Source: Octopus vulgaris
Lineage: Eukaryota
Assembly: GCA_951406725.2 (NCBI GenBank)
Contig: OX597814.1
Location: 95,480,001-95,544,000, forward strand
Direction: 5' to 3'
Length of the DNA: 64,000 nt
A program made the position numbers and the translations under genes. This document shows, piece after piece, positions 37,801 to 52,800 of this stretch; the first letter of the stretch is position 1; the number at the start of each line of letters is the position of its first letter. A model generated the notes under the pieces. That model searched no databases. It saw only the letters and a list, made by a program, of their open reading frames with translations, and had not been told where the DNA came from.

Positions 37801-40800
37801 GTTATATGTACAAAATGTAACACTTTGCCTGTTCAACACAGCTAGTAGATGCCACGCCTTGCAGAATTACTGCCAACAACTTTCAATACAGAAAGTTGGA
37901 AAGTAATACTTCCATTACCAAAAATCCTATCTGAGTTATTCAATGTAAAGATTTATCAACAAGGATATTAAAAAGATAATGTCATTAAAGAAATATAAAA
38001 TGAAAAAAAAATTTTTTTTCTTGAAATACTGTAATTCTTATAATGAACTGTCATTCTCACTATATTTTCATTGATAGACTGAACCTATTTGATAATGGAA
38101 GTGTTAACATGTATTACGTATTTTCATCTTTCCACGCTGACTTTTCACAGGTTGACTTCAGACCAGATACACTTTACCCAAAGGTCATTTTCTAATTTGC
38201 TTACTACTTTGAGAACACAGATTTTTCCAGTATATCTTAGAAATAACAATAAATGTAACTAAACACTTCTTTTTCTATACATCACAAAATAAGTAAGCAA
38301 TATTTTTTTTTGGTGTTTCATAGCTCATAATAAGAGCCAAGCATAATATATGAGTATGGTATTTAACAGTCATAATTACAATGTTCATACTGTTTTAAAT
38401 AATACATTTTGACAATATACAGCTGCAACAAATAGTAACAGCAAAAGCAGCTCTTATCTATCACACATGTATTACTAAAACAAATAAAAATAATACAAAC
38501 CATTTATGGCCTTGGAAATTGTCTCCCATGTTATTTAAGTATGATGGATTCATCTTATTGATACTATAATTAGTGAGATGTATGCAGCGGTTGTTCAAAC
38601 TACTGGTAGCAGTAGTGTATCTAAAAGAAAAAGCGATTATTGAGAAATGATGTATCATGTGAGACATTTCATAATTTCTGTCAAAATAATTTAAGAGTGG
38701 GTAACCTAAAGAGCCAGGGCAATTATTTTATCTAAACTTTAATTCAGTCATGCTAAGTTTTCTTCCCAAACTACATGGTTTCTGGTTCAGTCCTACTTAG
38801 ACAAGTTTTCTTTTACTCAAGCCACAGACTTATAAGTGTATTTGGCAGACAGAAGTTAAAAAAAAAAACCATTGCATATACACACACACATGCATGCATG
38901 CATGCCTGCATGCATGCATGCCTGCATGCATGTATTCAAGTATGCCTCTTTGTTTTGATATCACGCAATAGCTGTAAGCATGTTACCATCATACAAGCTG
39001 CACTCTTCATTTACAATCTTCTAGGAAACATGTCTAACCAAGGGAAAATGTCACCTTGCTTAAATGCAGGTAACTTTTGGCATCTGGCTATAGAAAATCA
39101 GTTGCAACTAATTGTCTTATTCATGCAAATATAGAAAAACAGGAATTGAAAATGTCATTTAGCACCTGAAAACAGTCACAAAATACTTATTAACTTCACC
39201 TGTCATTTTGCTAAGCTTACAACCAGATCACGATGTGAAGTTGAGTACAAACATTATTTGCACAACTACAATCACTATAAACAAAATTCCATAGAGACTG
39301 ATAGCAGTAAAAATATTATCATTAAACAGATAGAATACAGTCTTCAACAGACCTGACACAAGATCCATTGTATTATGTTGTATATTCAAAGGAGGTGAGC
39401 TGGCAGAATCATTAGCACACTAGGCAAAAATGCTTAGTGGCATTTTGTCAAGACTTTAACATTCTACATTCAAATTCTGCCAAAGTCAACTTTGCTTTTC
39501 ATCCTTTTGGAGTCAATAACACCAGGGTCAATGTTAACTTCCCCCTCCCTCCCCTAAAATTGCTGGCCTTGTGCCAAAATATAAAACTGTTATATTATGT
39601 ACATGCAGAATAATTAAAGGCCTAGGCCTATGATGTGAAAATTGTCCTCCACATAAAAGAAAGCTTGATTAATTCTAACTAACCCTCGTATTCTTTTTAA
39701 AATAAACAATAACACTAATTAGTAAACTTAAAATGATGTAACAGTCAACTCATTTAACAAAAATATCTGAGAAGATATAAAATTTTTAATTAAGTTGAAA
39801 TTGTGTACTTACTTGCAAGATGCAAATCGAACCAGGCCATCATCATACAGGTATATTCGAAGTGGGTCGAAAGAGCTTACCAGAATGTAAAGACGAATAT
39901 CAAACTTACTACTATTAATAAGGAAAGGCCGAGACAGATACCTAAACAATAGAAATTGATAGTATATAAACCAGATGAAATATACTCTTTTATTCACCAC
40001 CACCACCACTTCTATAAATCATTTATATTTACCTTTGAACTATTATGGGTCTTCTTTTAGGTATCTGGCTCCATTTATAAATAACTCTGATGCCTTTGCC
40101 TCGAGCAGATGCTGGCTGAAAAGAATTACCAAGTTACAAATTATAGAAAAATTAAAGAATAACAGTTCAGAACAAATGCTAAAAAAAAACAAAACAAAAA
40201 CCTTATATTATTTTGGTAACAAGCTTTATATGGGAAATGATATAAGATTTCAGTAAAAAAAAAAAAGGGTAAAGACCCCTGAATGACCATGGGATTGCAC
40301 CCAGGAAGTTACCCTCCAAGGCACAAGTCCGGGTATGGTTGTTTGTTGAAGACTAGCAGTCGCCCATGCACACCAGCCTCCCCTCTCCATGCCACTGATG
40401 TTATCCAAGGGAATGGCAAAGGCTGAAACAGCTTGGCACCAGTGATGTTGCAACTCATTTCTACAGCCGAGTGAACTGGAACAATGTGAAATAAAGTGTC
40501 TTGCTCAAAAACACAACACACAGTCCAGTCCAGCCATTTCATCTAATTGATGAAATGACAAAAGATCAAAGGGTGTGACCAGCATGGAAAACAAAGCTTC
40601 AATAAAATAGATGATATTGATGGTTTTAAGAAAGTAACAACTATGTGCCTGCTCCATTCTGTTTTAATTTGGTAATTTAAATTTGTATCGATAAAAATCA
40701 CATGTATTCACATAATATGTCTAACCCTTTAGCATTCAAATTATTGTCAAATATAATGCTTATTTATTCACATTGCTTTGAATTAATCATAAAATTGTCT

Positions 40801-43800
40801 TGTAGCATCAAAATTTTGATGATGTGATTATTTTTATAATGACAATGGGATAGATGTGAGAGGCTGTATCTAGCCCATTTAAACATAAAACAGGGAGCAT
40901 ATTTTGGCCAGACACGGCCAGCTTAAATGTTAAAGGGCTAAACCAATCTCTTCATCTTGCATATCTGTCAAATCAGCATCTCTTTTTTCTTTCAATATTT
41001 AATGTCCAGCCTTTTAGTAGCAAGCTGGCAGAAGTATCAGCATACCAGGTATGCTGATGATTCCGAGTTCAAATTCTGCTGAGGGTAACTTTGCCTTTCA
41101 TCTTTTGGGGGTTGATAAAATAAGTGCCAGTTGAATACTGGGATCAATGTCATTGACTTACCCTCCCAAAAATTGTTGGCATTCTGCCAAAATTTGAAAC
41201 CAATATTTAATGCCCAACCACAATTACTTCCTCTATCATAACCACATGTACTAACAAAAGAGACGCAATATAGTCACTTGACCTGCTGGAAAAGGCAACT
41301 CAATATGCAACTGTCTTGTGGATAGAAGGGAAAGTGCATTGGCTACTGTGGTCCTACAGTAGGAACAAGATGGTCATGTTTGGAATGACTGTTCAGTCTG
41401 TTCAGTCATGGATGAACAACCATAGCAATGTATGCTGTTGCTGTTAGCTCACAGATGTTTAATCTACAAAGTAATGGCTTGGCTGCTAAGCATTCCCACC
41501 TTATACTATGGAGACACTCTTAATCTATATCTACAATGTCCCTATATCATTTCTATAGTGACAGCCAAAATTGCAAGGGTCCCACTCAGTTAAAACACTT
41601 GCAGCTCCACAGTTAGTAGCCAAGCATGACCAGTGAAGAGATTTCTGACTCATATTGCATGGACGAAACAGGAAATCTGCAAACTACAGGCAACCCATCT
41701 ACAAAAGAATTCTGAATAAAATCCAATACAAAGCAAAGAAGACACTTTAGTCCTGTATACAGCCTCCATACTGCTGGTGGCATAAATGCACCCAATCAAC
41801 ATGCTGCAGGGATTCTAAAGATGCATAGCGGAAGCATTGCAGATGCTGTATGCAAGAGGTGAGATAATAATAAAGGAAAAAACCTCTTGGCCTGACTCAA
41901 GCAAAGAACATTAAGAAATTATTTGGAGTGGACAACAGCCCAAGACCAGTATGTTTTCTCTGAAGCAAGCATACTGTTCACAGAGAAATGAACAGACACA
42001 GTAATCAAAGCAATCAGAATATGCATAAGAATAATTAAGCTACCAAGGTTGATATCCATATGGTAGAAAAGGCTATAAAAAACATGAAGGCAAAGAAAAG
42101 TAGTAAACTCATTAGGAATAGTGGCTAAGCTGCTGAAAGCAGCCATCAAAGTCCAACAATACTGATTACTTGTTTAGTCAATCAGTTATCCTTAATGACT
42201 GATAATTTCTATCTACCTGCTCCCTTCAGATTTAATTTAATTCCTTAAATTGATGACTGGCATGAACTGCTACAAGGATAAAGGAGCTGATTTTTAACCC
42301 TTTCTTAACCAACCTTCCCAAAACTACCCGAAAATATTTTTGGCTTATGTTAACCAACCCACCCAGAATCACCTGAGATAATCTATTGATATTTAGATGA
42401 GGAATTTCAGCAGAAATCTTGTTAGTACATTTATGAAAACACAGGATATCACTGTATAAACAATCAAGTTACAATGTCTAACATTATTTGACATGATATC
42501 TAAGCTTTGCAAATTTTTGGAAATATCTTTCCATGTCATGGAGAAATCTAGCAAAATATATGGCAAACAAAAAACATGTATTACTGTAAATCAGATATTT
42601 TGGTTTTTGAAAATGAAACAAGCGATTCTTACAACAGTTCTGAAAGTGATGAAGAAAATGAATTTGAACCTGGAGAGAGAATTTGAAAATTGTTTTTCTT
42701 TGTGATTTTTAAGAAGAGACTGAACCTAGACACAGTCTTTCCAAGGAAATGAAATTGTTAGATTTTTTTTATCTTTGTTTAACCCTTTGGCATTCAGATT
42801 ACACTTATCATTTTTAATACTTATTCATATGTTTTGAATTAATCATTCAATGATGGGACTGTTTATGATCTGAATGACATTGTTGAGTATGTGTAAAAAG
42901 CCAAATCTAGCCAGTTTGAACATAAGACAGATAGGACATTTTGGGCCAGATATAGTTGGTTTAAATGCTAAAAGGATAAAGCAAAATCGCAGAAATGAAT
43001 CATTAAGCTGAACATAAACTTCTAAACAAAAAAAAGGGAAGAATGCCTTTAAGTACAGGTTTTTAACCATAGCTTAGCTGGAGCTAAACAGCAACAAAAA
43101 CAATGTTATTATTATAAGCAGCCACAAAAATATGAGAATCAAAAGGAAAAGCCTTAAGTATGAAGTTAACAAATGAAATCATGAAAATGGGAAAAAAGGG
43201 TCATAGCTAAGATGCAAAGGAATTTAGTTTTGTAAAAGAGTAAATATATTTCTACTGAACGAACTGCAGAGATAATTCCTTACCTTTAGAGTTTACTTTC
43301 AAATGCATGCATCAGAAAACATGACATTTCCAGTTATTAACAATTGGTTCAAAGAAAGGATATAAGCCACTTACAGGTTTAATTATCCATTTTACTCGAT
43401 TTCCACCATCATCCCAGTTTTTCTTGAAAACTTTCAGGTCAGTTGGAAGAATGAATGTTTGTGGAAAAAATCCATATTCTTTTTTCCCAAAATGTGACTG
43501 CAGTTTAGATAAATTTCTCCACAGTTTATCTTTGCGGCCTATTTGAAAGGATCCAGGAAAGTGATTAAGCTGCAAGAGTTGTAAAATGAAAGTATACTTA
43601 ATCTTTTAGGAGAATGAAATAAATATCAAAATAAATATTAACAATCATAATTGTAAAATTTGTACAAATATCTACATACAATAATAGGCACTTGACAACA
43701 ATGCTCCTTCACTATAACCCTAACCTAAAACACAATAGCTACACATATATCAATATCTCATACCTCCACACCCTATGCATAAACAATATACAAGAGACTG

Positions 43801-46800
43801 GATAATTTCTGATAAACCCTTCAAGCAACTGGTACACTAAGACCAAGATTTATCTTTAAAGTCACAAAATATTTAAATCTGATCAGTAGCTGAATGGTAG
43901 AAGTTCACTAACTATAGACAACAGGTGAACTGTTTCTTCCCCCTGCTTTTCTATTCTATCATATCTACATTATCTCAACCCTGAACTAGCAAACTGTGTA
44001 CCACCCTAATCCAATTCTATCTGCATCCTCTTGTCATCTTGCTTACCACCTAAATCCCACACTAGTGACTTTAGTCAACCATTCTTTGCCAGAGTTGCAA
44101 CAGTCTGTCCTTTACTTTCTCTCAACAAAGAAATTAACAAAACACATTTTGGTTGAGTCATATTTACTATTTATTAATTGCATATGCTATTAAATTCATT
44201 GTTTCATCACATTTTAATCCAGCAATAACAAAGACTTTTTTTGTGAATTATTGACTTTTATCATATATTTAAATGCACTGAGTGTTTGAACTTCATTAGC
44301 TGTTAGCCCTACTATCTTTAACATTTTATCAAAATTAAACTTTACAAAGAAAATTCCTCTCTAAAATTCATATGCTAATTCTTCACACAGCAAATGTAGT
44401 GCAATTTTATTATATGTGCATATGAATATTAACAGAAGGTAATAGGAAAAAACCTGCTAAACTTGCACACAATGTAATATTAAATCAATGCATTATACAT
44501 AGGTTTTTCTTGTTTCAGATATCAACAAAGATTACAGTTGATGGAAATATAGCCACAGAAAAAGACCACAAAATGATGAAAGTAAAATATTCACAAGTTT
44601 ACACAAAATCTTACTTTTTGAAAATCCCGGAGAACTCTAAAAGCTTGGCTTTTCATGTGTTTTCCAAAACAACCAATCCAATCATAATGTTCTGACAAGA
44701 TATAAATATAACATAAAAATAAAACATTGAAAATGATTGGAAAATACAACAGTAAATGTACAACAGTTAAGCTGCTAAGGTACAAACTTCAATGGTTTTG
44801 GAGGTAGCACTTGGTCATTCAACTAACTGCTTATATCCCTTTTTGTTAAGCAAAATGACTTAATTTGTAAAAACATTTTATATGGTTCTTTTTGCATGCA
44901 ATTATATTTGTGTGTGTGTGTGTGTGTGTATCTTTCTTTTAAACATCAGTATAATACCTGAACATTTTATAAATACAGAGAAATTTATATGCAAAGTAGT
45001 TTTTAAAAATGTGTAAAATTTGAATGAAATTGGTTGTGTAGCTCTCAAGTTTTAGGGATTCACACAGACACACACATTCTCATCTTTAGTTAATTTTTTC
45101 AGTAGAATGGGCTTAAAAATCGTTTTTGATGACGATCTGATGAAGGCCAACTTTTTAGATATTACGCTTAATTTACACAGTGACTCTTACTTTCCATATC
45201 ATGAACCGTTGACCAATCTTAAGTACATTAGCAAATTTAGTAATCATCCTGGAGCAATTACTAAGAATTTAGTTAAGAATATTTCATTTAGATTATCTAA
45301 ATTATCTGCTAATGTTGATATTTTCAATAATAACGCTGAATTCTATAACTCTGCCTCAATCAAAGCAGGTTATACAGAAAAAATTTTCTACATTGATTCT
45401 GCTCAGTCTAATTGTAAATTCAATAATGTAGATAAGATTTCTAGTCGTAAAAGAATTATTGATAACAAACATAACTTACGCACCGATACAGAGCGAATGA
45501 AGGCAGATAACCCTTATTTATTCCCCTATTACCGATCTAAAAGTAAATATAACACCTTCAAAAGTAATTACGCTATGAATACTAGTAAGAATATTTGGTT
45601 AATAATTCCTTACGGGAGACAAATTAAATCTAATCTCCCACTGCTGTTTCGTCAAGCTATTGCTAGGAATTTTCCAAATAATTCTAGATATTACTCTATA
45701 ATTAATTCACATAAGGTTAGGATAGGTTTTTCAAACACAAAAAATCTCTTGCAAATTATATCTTCTCATAATAACAAACTGTTAAATATTAATACATTTA
45801 CTAATACTAACATTAATTTAGCTACTACCATCCAACCCTCTAGAAATATTAATAACAAGGTTATCGTATCTGAAGTCAATCCCAATAGAATTAAATTTAT
45901 GTCAAGTAACTCTAAGATTAAAAATTCTATATACCAGTGTATAATCAGTACTCGTAATAAAGTACGATTTTACATTGGAAGCACATCGTTAGAGTTATCT
46001 AAGAGAATTTCTATCCATTACTCAACATTTAGGGATAGAAATAAACGGAATAGTACCGGTCTCAGCAAACTGATTTGGTATTTAAAAGACCACAATGAAC
46101 AATTTCATTTAGAATGGTTGATCCTCTCAATTTCGATACCATATGACAAAGGCAAGAAATTCTGTCTTCTCTGCAATTCTGAGCTATTTTTCATTATTTT
46201 TTCTAAAAATACTCTAGTAAACACGGTTATAGAACGAGCATACAGATGTAAGCATTGGCAGAAACATACTTTTAGTGCATATAAGTAGTCTCTATCATTA
46301 TATATAGTTTAGACTTTAATTTCCTTTATATTTAACATTCACTATTAATATCCCTACTCTTTCTGTTAGCTATTTATGACGTTATATCATATAACGTTTT
46401 TTTAAACAATATTAATAGCGTTCTGTCTATCGCTATACGAATCCATCATTTTTTGCTAAAATGTCGTATTGACAAGTTTCGTTTTTTCACTTTCCCGAAG
46501 AGAAGATTGCATTGTTTATACCTTTTATTCTTTTGAATAAGTATCAGTGGAATTTTTGAAATATATGTAGAAAGTTAAAATACTTGTTTAAACCTGCGTT
46601 AACTCCATTTTTTATTCATATATATATATATACATACACACACACACACATACATGCACACACATGTATGCATATATATGTACAAATATACAGACACATG
46701 AGTGAGTGTGAATGTGTGTTTTCTCTTTGTTTTGATATTTGCACACTCATTATCACTATTCATACAAATGTTGTCAATTTTTAAACATGCCCAGCCAATG

Positions 46801-49800
46801 AGTTTGTTTTTCAAAAAATAAAAGGGAGAAACACTACCATGCTTGTAAAAAGGTGATGGTTGGCAACAGAAAGAGCATCCAGGCATAGAAAATCTGTATT
46901 TAAGTTTTACCCAATTCACTCATGTGAGTATGAAAAATGTTATACATAATATATATACACACACTCACACAATTATGAAAGAACAGCTATGTGTGAGATT
47001 ATTTTATATTTGTACATTGTTCAAATGTTAAGGCAAGATTATTAAGTAGCTAAGTTACCATGCTTATCAGTACAAATTTACTGTTGACATTTTATTACAT
47101 CTTAGGATAAAACTATGTTTCAGATTAACTAGCAGTCAGACATGAATGATCAATTATCAGGAAGTTTACCTCTGCCATTGTATCTACAGCTCTTCTGATT
47201 ACAGATCTGGTGTATATCTACCTAGAGTATGAGTGATTGACACTAACATGTTGGAACATTTATTTTTATAGCCTGGTGTCCTTTCTGATACTATCAACAA
47301 TATTGTGAAAGAAAAAAGTTAACTTATTACTGCAGCTATTTTACATGTATACATGCATAATATACAGATATATATTGGTTTCAGATTTTTACACAAGGAA
47401 ACAGTTTGGTTGGAGAGGGACTAGTCAATTACATCAACCCCAATGATCAACAAGTGCTTATTTTATCAACCCTGAAAAGGATGAACGGCAAAGTCAATCT
47501 TAGCGTAATTTGAACTCAGAACAGAAAGACAGCCAAAATACTACGAAGCATTTTGTTCAGCATGCTGAAAATTCTGCCAGTTTATGGCCTTAGATACTGG
47601 TATATACTACAACTTTAAAAAAAACAAAACAGCAATGGCTTGCAAATTAATGACACCTTTTCAATCATATCAAGCATAACTAAATTAACAAAATAATGAA
47701 GTCTTACTGTTTGTCAATTTAAAGCGAGCTCTGACTAAAGCTGATTTTACCACAAGGGGTGTGATAGGACTCAGACGCCAGCGCAAAAGGCGATTCATCT
47801 CCAAAGAGAGACTTTCAACTGAAAAAGTAAATAAAATAAAACATCTACTATAACGATGATGATGATGTACAACATGGTCTGACCTTTCTATATAAAAACT
47901 AAATAGTTAATTTTAAAAAATCATATAATTATTATATCTATATACTATAAACAAATGTATGCATCTAAATATTCTTTAAATGCTTGTTTGTTTTTATGTT
48001 ATTTTGAAGTTAGAGATTTGTTAATTTCTTAAAGATAAAAAGAGTGATATGAATAAAAGTTATCAAAAATAAGCTGTACCTTTACATCCGCTGTAAACAA
48101 AATTTATAGTTGGTGGTACATTCAGGAATAAGCTGGGAGTAAGAGCTGAACACAAAGTAATAGCTGGTGTGGGTGAAGAAGAGTACACTTTTTCTTGGCT
48201 AACATGAGACTCAGAACTTAGTAATTGCTTAGATAGAAGGCTACAGCTACTGACTTCATATTCTAAAATAAATACAAAATTTTAAAAGGTTTAAAACAGC
48301 TTTGAAGAAAAAAGAAATAAGCATTAAAAAATTAAAATTACACATATCACTGCCATTTTCATGTTTGAATTTTTTTTTTTTTTTGCTGGAACATCTTTTA
48401 TCTCATGCAATTCAATCTTGTCCATGAGATTCTAAGACCTAACTTTATCATTTTTTTGCTATGGTCTTACACTACCCTCAAAAGTTAGCATACAACACTT
48501 TCTCCAACAAGATATTGTCCATACTATAGCAACTGGTTCTGTTGTACATGCTGGCAGAAACCTTTAACAACCAGTTGTTCTCTCCATTCTCTTGCACTAT
48601 AGCTCTGATGTAGGTTGACACTGCACAGCCAACAGATCACACTCAGATTGTTTCTCTTCTTCAGCCTCATTCAATCTTTGATATTTAATGTTTAAGCCTC
48701 ACAGCCATGTTGCATTAAATGTTATTCATACCACATTCACTTTACCTTTTATACACAGAGAGAAACCCTTTGTTACCAACACTTTTCTTTAACTAATAAA
48801 CTTTATAGTCAACTTCAACACAGAAGTGTATATATTAGATACATAGTATTATTTCCTCCAAAGCTGTATTATTTTATAATAAAGGAATAAGTTTATAAAG
48901 TACAGAAAAATTATTTTAACTCTTTAGCATTTAGATTACTCTCAAATGTAATGCTTATTTATTCACATTCATTTGAATTAGTCGCGCATTATCTCATAAC
49001 GCGATTTCAATGGTATAATTGTTATTTCTAGAATAATATTGTGTGAGAGGTCAGATCTGGCCAGTCTGAACATAAAACTAGCAGAATATTTTGGCCAGAT
49101 GTGGACAGTTTAAATGGTAACAGGTTAAACAAATTACATGAAAAATATTTGAAAAAAATATATATATCAGATTTTACAGAAAGAGGGCTACAAAAAAATT
49201 TACCTTCATAATCTGAAACACTTTCTTCGGTCAAAGAATCGTCAGATTCTCCTTCAGAATTAATTGTTGTAGTGTCCCCATCTCCAAGTAACCTTTCATT
49301 GAAATAATATAATAAATACACTGGTGATAATCATGATACAGAGTATTATTTTGTAATTATTATAATTAAAATTTTTAAATGTTATGGACCAGAATCCATG
49401 CTGATGTTAAGCTGGTGTTTTGTGTATATCCAACCAAGGTTCTAACAGAATTTTGATGGAAAGTTTTCATTAAGTTTTCATTGGTTTAAAAACCAATAAT
49501 TTTTTAATCAAATAATCAAAGACATTTTCAAGTGAATTAGCATAAGAGGTTAGAAAACAACAAGCTACTCAGATAATATATTTGACAGTCAACTAATTTA
49601 GGTGAACATGCATGAAGCCATAATAAAAATAAGATTGTAAGAAACTATTGGACAAGTAGTATGTATCATCATCATCATCAATCATGGTTTTATTTCATCT
49701 AGCTTGCTAATTTCATTGAATATGTAATGTTGTATCCAATTCTTTGTTTTCCTTATCTATTTTGGTTAGGGAAGAATAATATTCAGTATTGTAAAAAAAA

Positions 49801-52800
49801 AACATCAAATTTCATTTCCAATGAATTTATATTATTACCAGATTTTTTTCACTCTTTACTTCATAAAAAGTGTAGGTTTCTCCAGGTGCAAAATTTTAAA
49901 CTACAAATGCCTTCAGTTTCCTAAATGGAAGAAGCAACAGATACTAAAAGCATCTCTTACACAACCGCAATATAGTTTACATGAGGCTCCTGGTAGTTTG
50001 CTGTGCTTCAGAAGATACATCAAGCTATGTAAAATCCTAATCTTGCAGGTTCATAAGTGCTGGTGTCATGTAAAAAGCACCCCTGCCTGTGCTATATATA
50101 AGCACTCAGTACACACTGGAAAGTGGTTGGTGTTAGGAAGGCATCCTTGTGTAGAAACCACGCCAAAACAGACATGGAACCCAGGCAGCTCCAGCCAAAC
50201 TGTCAACCCATGCCAGCATGGAAAACAGACATTAAATGATGATGATGATGAATCCTCAGTTCTAAGAAAAAAGGAAAATGTTTACTTGTCCATAGAAGAA
50301 AGCAGGTTGATGAGATATGTAGCTTAAGTCACAACTGCCCCCATTCAGCCTAGCTAAAAATGATTTAACCCTTCAATGTATACAGTATCATACATAGCAT
50401 ATGCCAGGTGATTTTTTAATTAAACATGTATCAATTCTTTCATTGCAACAAGGACATTTTTAGTTAGGCATCAATTTTATAATAACCAGTCAGGCAGCCA
50501 TTTTGGCTACTTAAAGCAAAAATCAAGAAAATTTTTCTGAAAGCCAAGAAAAGTCATTTGTTCATTCACATTTGTCTTAAATAACAAGACATAGCCGAGT
50601 TTAATGAGAGAAAAAAATTACACATTTTCAGTCAGATCACATATGTAACACTATTTTCTACAACACAAAATCATACCATTTTACTTCATAAACAAAAATA
50701 TCAATACACTTGCTATGTTTTGGATATAGCTTGCTTTTGTTGTGACTCAAAACTTGTCACATTTTTGTGTATGTTAGTGTCCATTTTCAACTTGTATTTC
50801 ACTATCTATGTAAGAACACATGAACAATCGTTTAATGTTTGTTTTCCTAGCACAGCATAGGTTTGATGGGAACTTTTTATGGTAAGAAGTTAAAGCTGGA
50901 TGCCCTTCCTGTAAGCAACTCTTAACTGATTATCAAATAAAATATTTTTTATTCCAAAAGTGCTGATCAGTTGTATTGTCACCATTTTATTCAGGTGGTG
51001 ACAAGTAAAGCTATGAATGTCAACATTTGTATACACACACACTCAATAGGCTTCCATACAGTTTGTCAAAGAAATGACAAATGACAGGCAGGCAGAGATC
51101 AAACTAACTAGGATTTCAAATTTCACATATTGGCTTGTTCTACCAGTGAAGGAATATTTGCCTGCTAGTGTGTTTATAGGGAACAAAGCCACATGAAAAG
51201 CTTGGATGTACATGATAGATTTTATGAAATGTTAAATATCTCTATAAATACATTTTTTTTTTTCATTTAAAATAGAAAACTAAATAAATGGTTAATGATC
51301 AAAAAACAGATTCAGCAGTCAAGTTAGTAAAAGGATTGATGAAATGGGAGGTTTCGGAGGGAGTAGAGAAAAGAAATACATGAGATAAAAATCCTTATTA
51401 GATATGTCACTTAAGATCAAGAAAAAAAAATACCTTAACATAGTTGGAACGTTTACTGCTGGTGTGACTCTATACAGGAAGAAAAATCAAATTATGACGA
51501 TCAAGTTGACTGGGACTTCATATTTCACATGTCAGCTTATTCACTCAATGAAACAATGTCAACATTTGTATACACACACACTCAATAGGCTTCCATACAG
51601 TTTTTATCTCATGTATTTCTTTTCTCTACTCCCTCCGAAACCTCCCATTTCATCAATCCTTTTACTAACTTGACTGCTGAATCTGTTTTTTGATCATTAA
51701 TTGTTGCCTACAATATTATATTAGCAAGCAATCATTTTCATTTGCATTAACCAAAAATGAGATTCTTATGGAAAATTTATAAATATAGGCGCAGGAGTGG
51801 ATGTGTGGTAAATAGCTTGCTAACCAACCACATGGTTCCGGGTTCAGTCCCACTGCGTGGCATCTTGGGCAAGTGCCTTCTGCTATAGACCTCGGCCCAA
51901 CCAATGCCTTGTGAGTGGATTTGGTAGACGGAAACTGAAAGAAGCCTGTCGTATATATGTATATATATATATGTGTGTGTGTGTGTTTGTGTGTCTGTGT
52001 TTGTCCCCCTAGCATTGCTTGACAACCGATGCTGGTGTGTTTACGTCCCCGTCACTTAGCGGTTCAGCAAAAGAGACCGATAGAATAAGTACTGGGCTTA
52101 CAAAGAATAAGTCCCGGGGTCGATTTGCTCGACTAAAAGGCGGTGCTCCAGCATGGCCGCAGTCAAATGACTGAAACAAGTAAAAGAGTAAAGAGTATAG
52201 ACATGTAGATCTCTTTCAACTGAGATATATGGTTCAGATATTTTTAGAAACTGGCAGCCATAGTCATGCATGCTTATTTAGTGAATTAAATTAAACTCCA
52301 CATGACTTATTTACTTTTATTAGAATAACATTGTTAGTCGGTCCACTTAACAAGCTACCTGAAACTATGTTGTGGTATTTTTTTTTCTTGATCTTAAGTG
52401 ACATATCTAATAAGGATTTTTATCTCATGTATTTCTTTTCTCTACTCCCTCCGAAACCTCCCATTTCATCAATCCTTTTACTAACTTGACTGCTGAATCT
52501 GTTTTTTGATCATTAACCATTTATTTAGTTTTCTATTTCAAATGAAAAAAAAATGTATTTGTAGAGATATTTAACATTTCATAAAATCTATCATGTACAT
52601 CCAAGCTTTTCATGTGGCTTTGTTCCCTATAAACACACTAGCAGGCAAATATTCCTTCACTGGTAGAACAAGCCAATATGTGAAATTTGAAATCCTAGTT
52701 AGTTTGATCTCTGCCTGCCTGTTATTTGTCATTTCTTTGACAAACTGTATGGAAGCCTATTGAGTGTGTGTGTATACAAATGTTGACATTGTTTCATTGA

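Larger units (their letters stand above)
45086..46610 (+). mobile_element. 5'-truncated Penelope-like retroelement (RT C-terminus/thumb + GIY-YIG endonuclease + 3' pLTR)
   Basis: Uninterrupted ORF 45107-46288 with GLKI...NFLDITL, SNHP, IYQC...FYIGST...KRISIH and C-terminal CLLC...C.H. Followed by a hammerhead fold and a (TA)n/(CA)n tract. Confidence 0.9.

Noticed and set aside
51788-51860. tRNA gene candidates (A/B boxes)
   Set aside because: No complete cloverleaf; they continue into SINE bodies found many times in the window.
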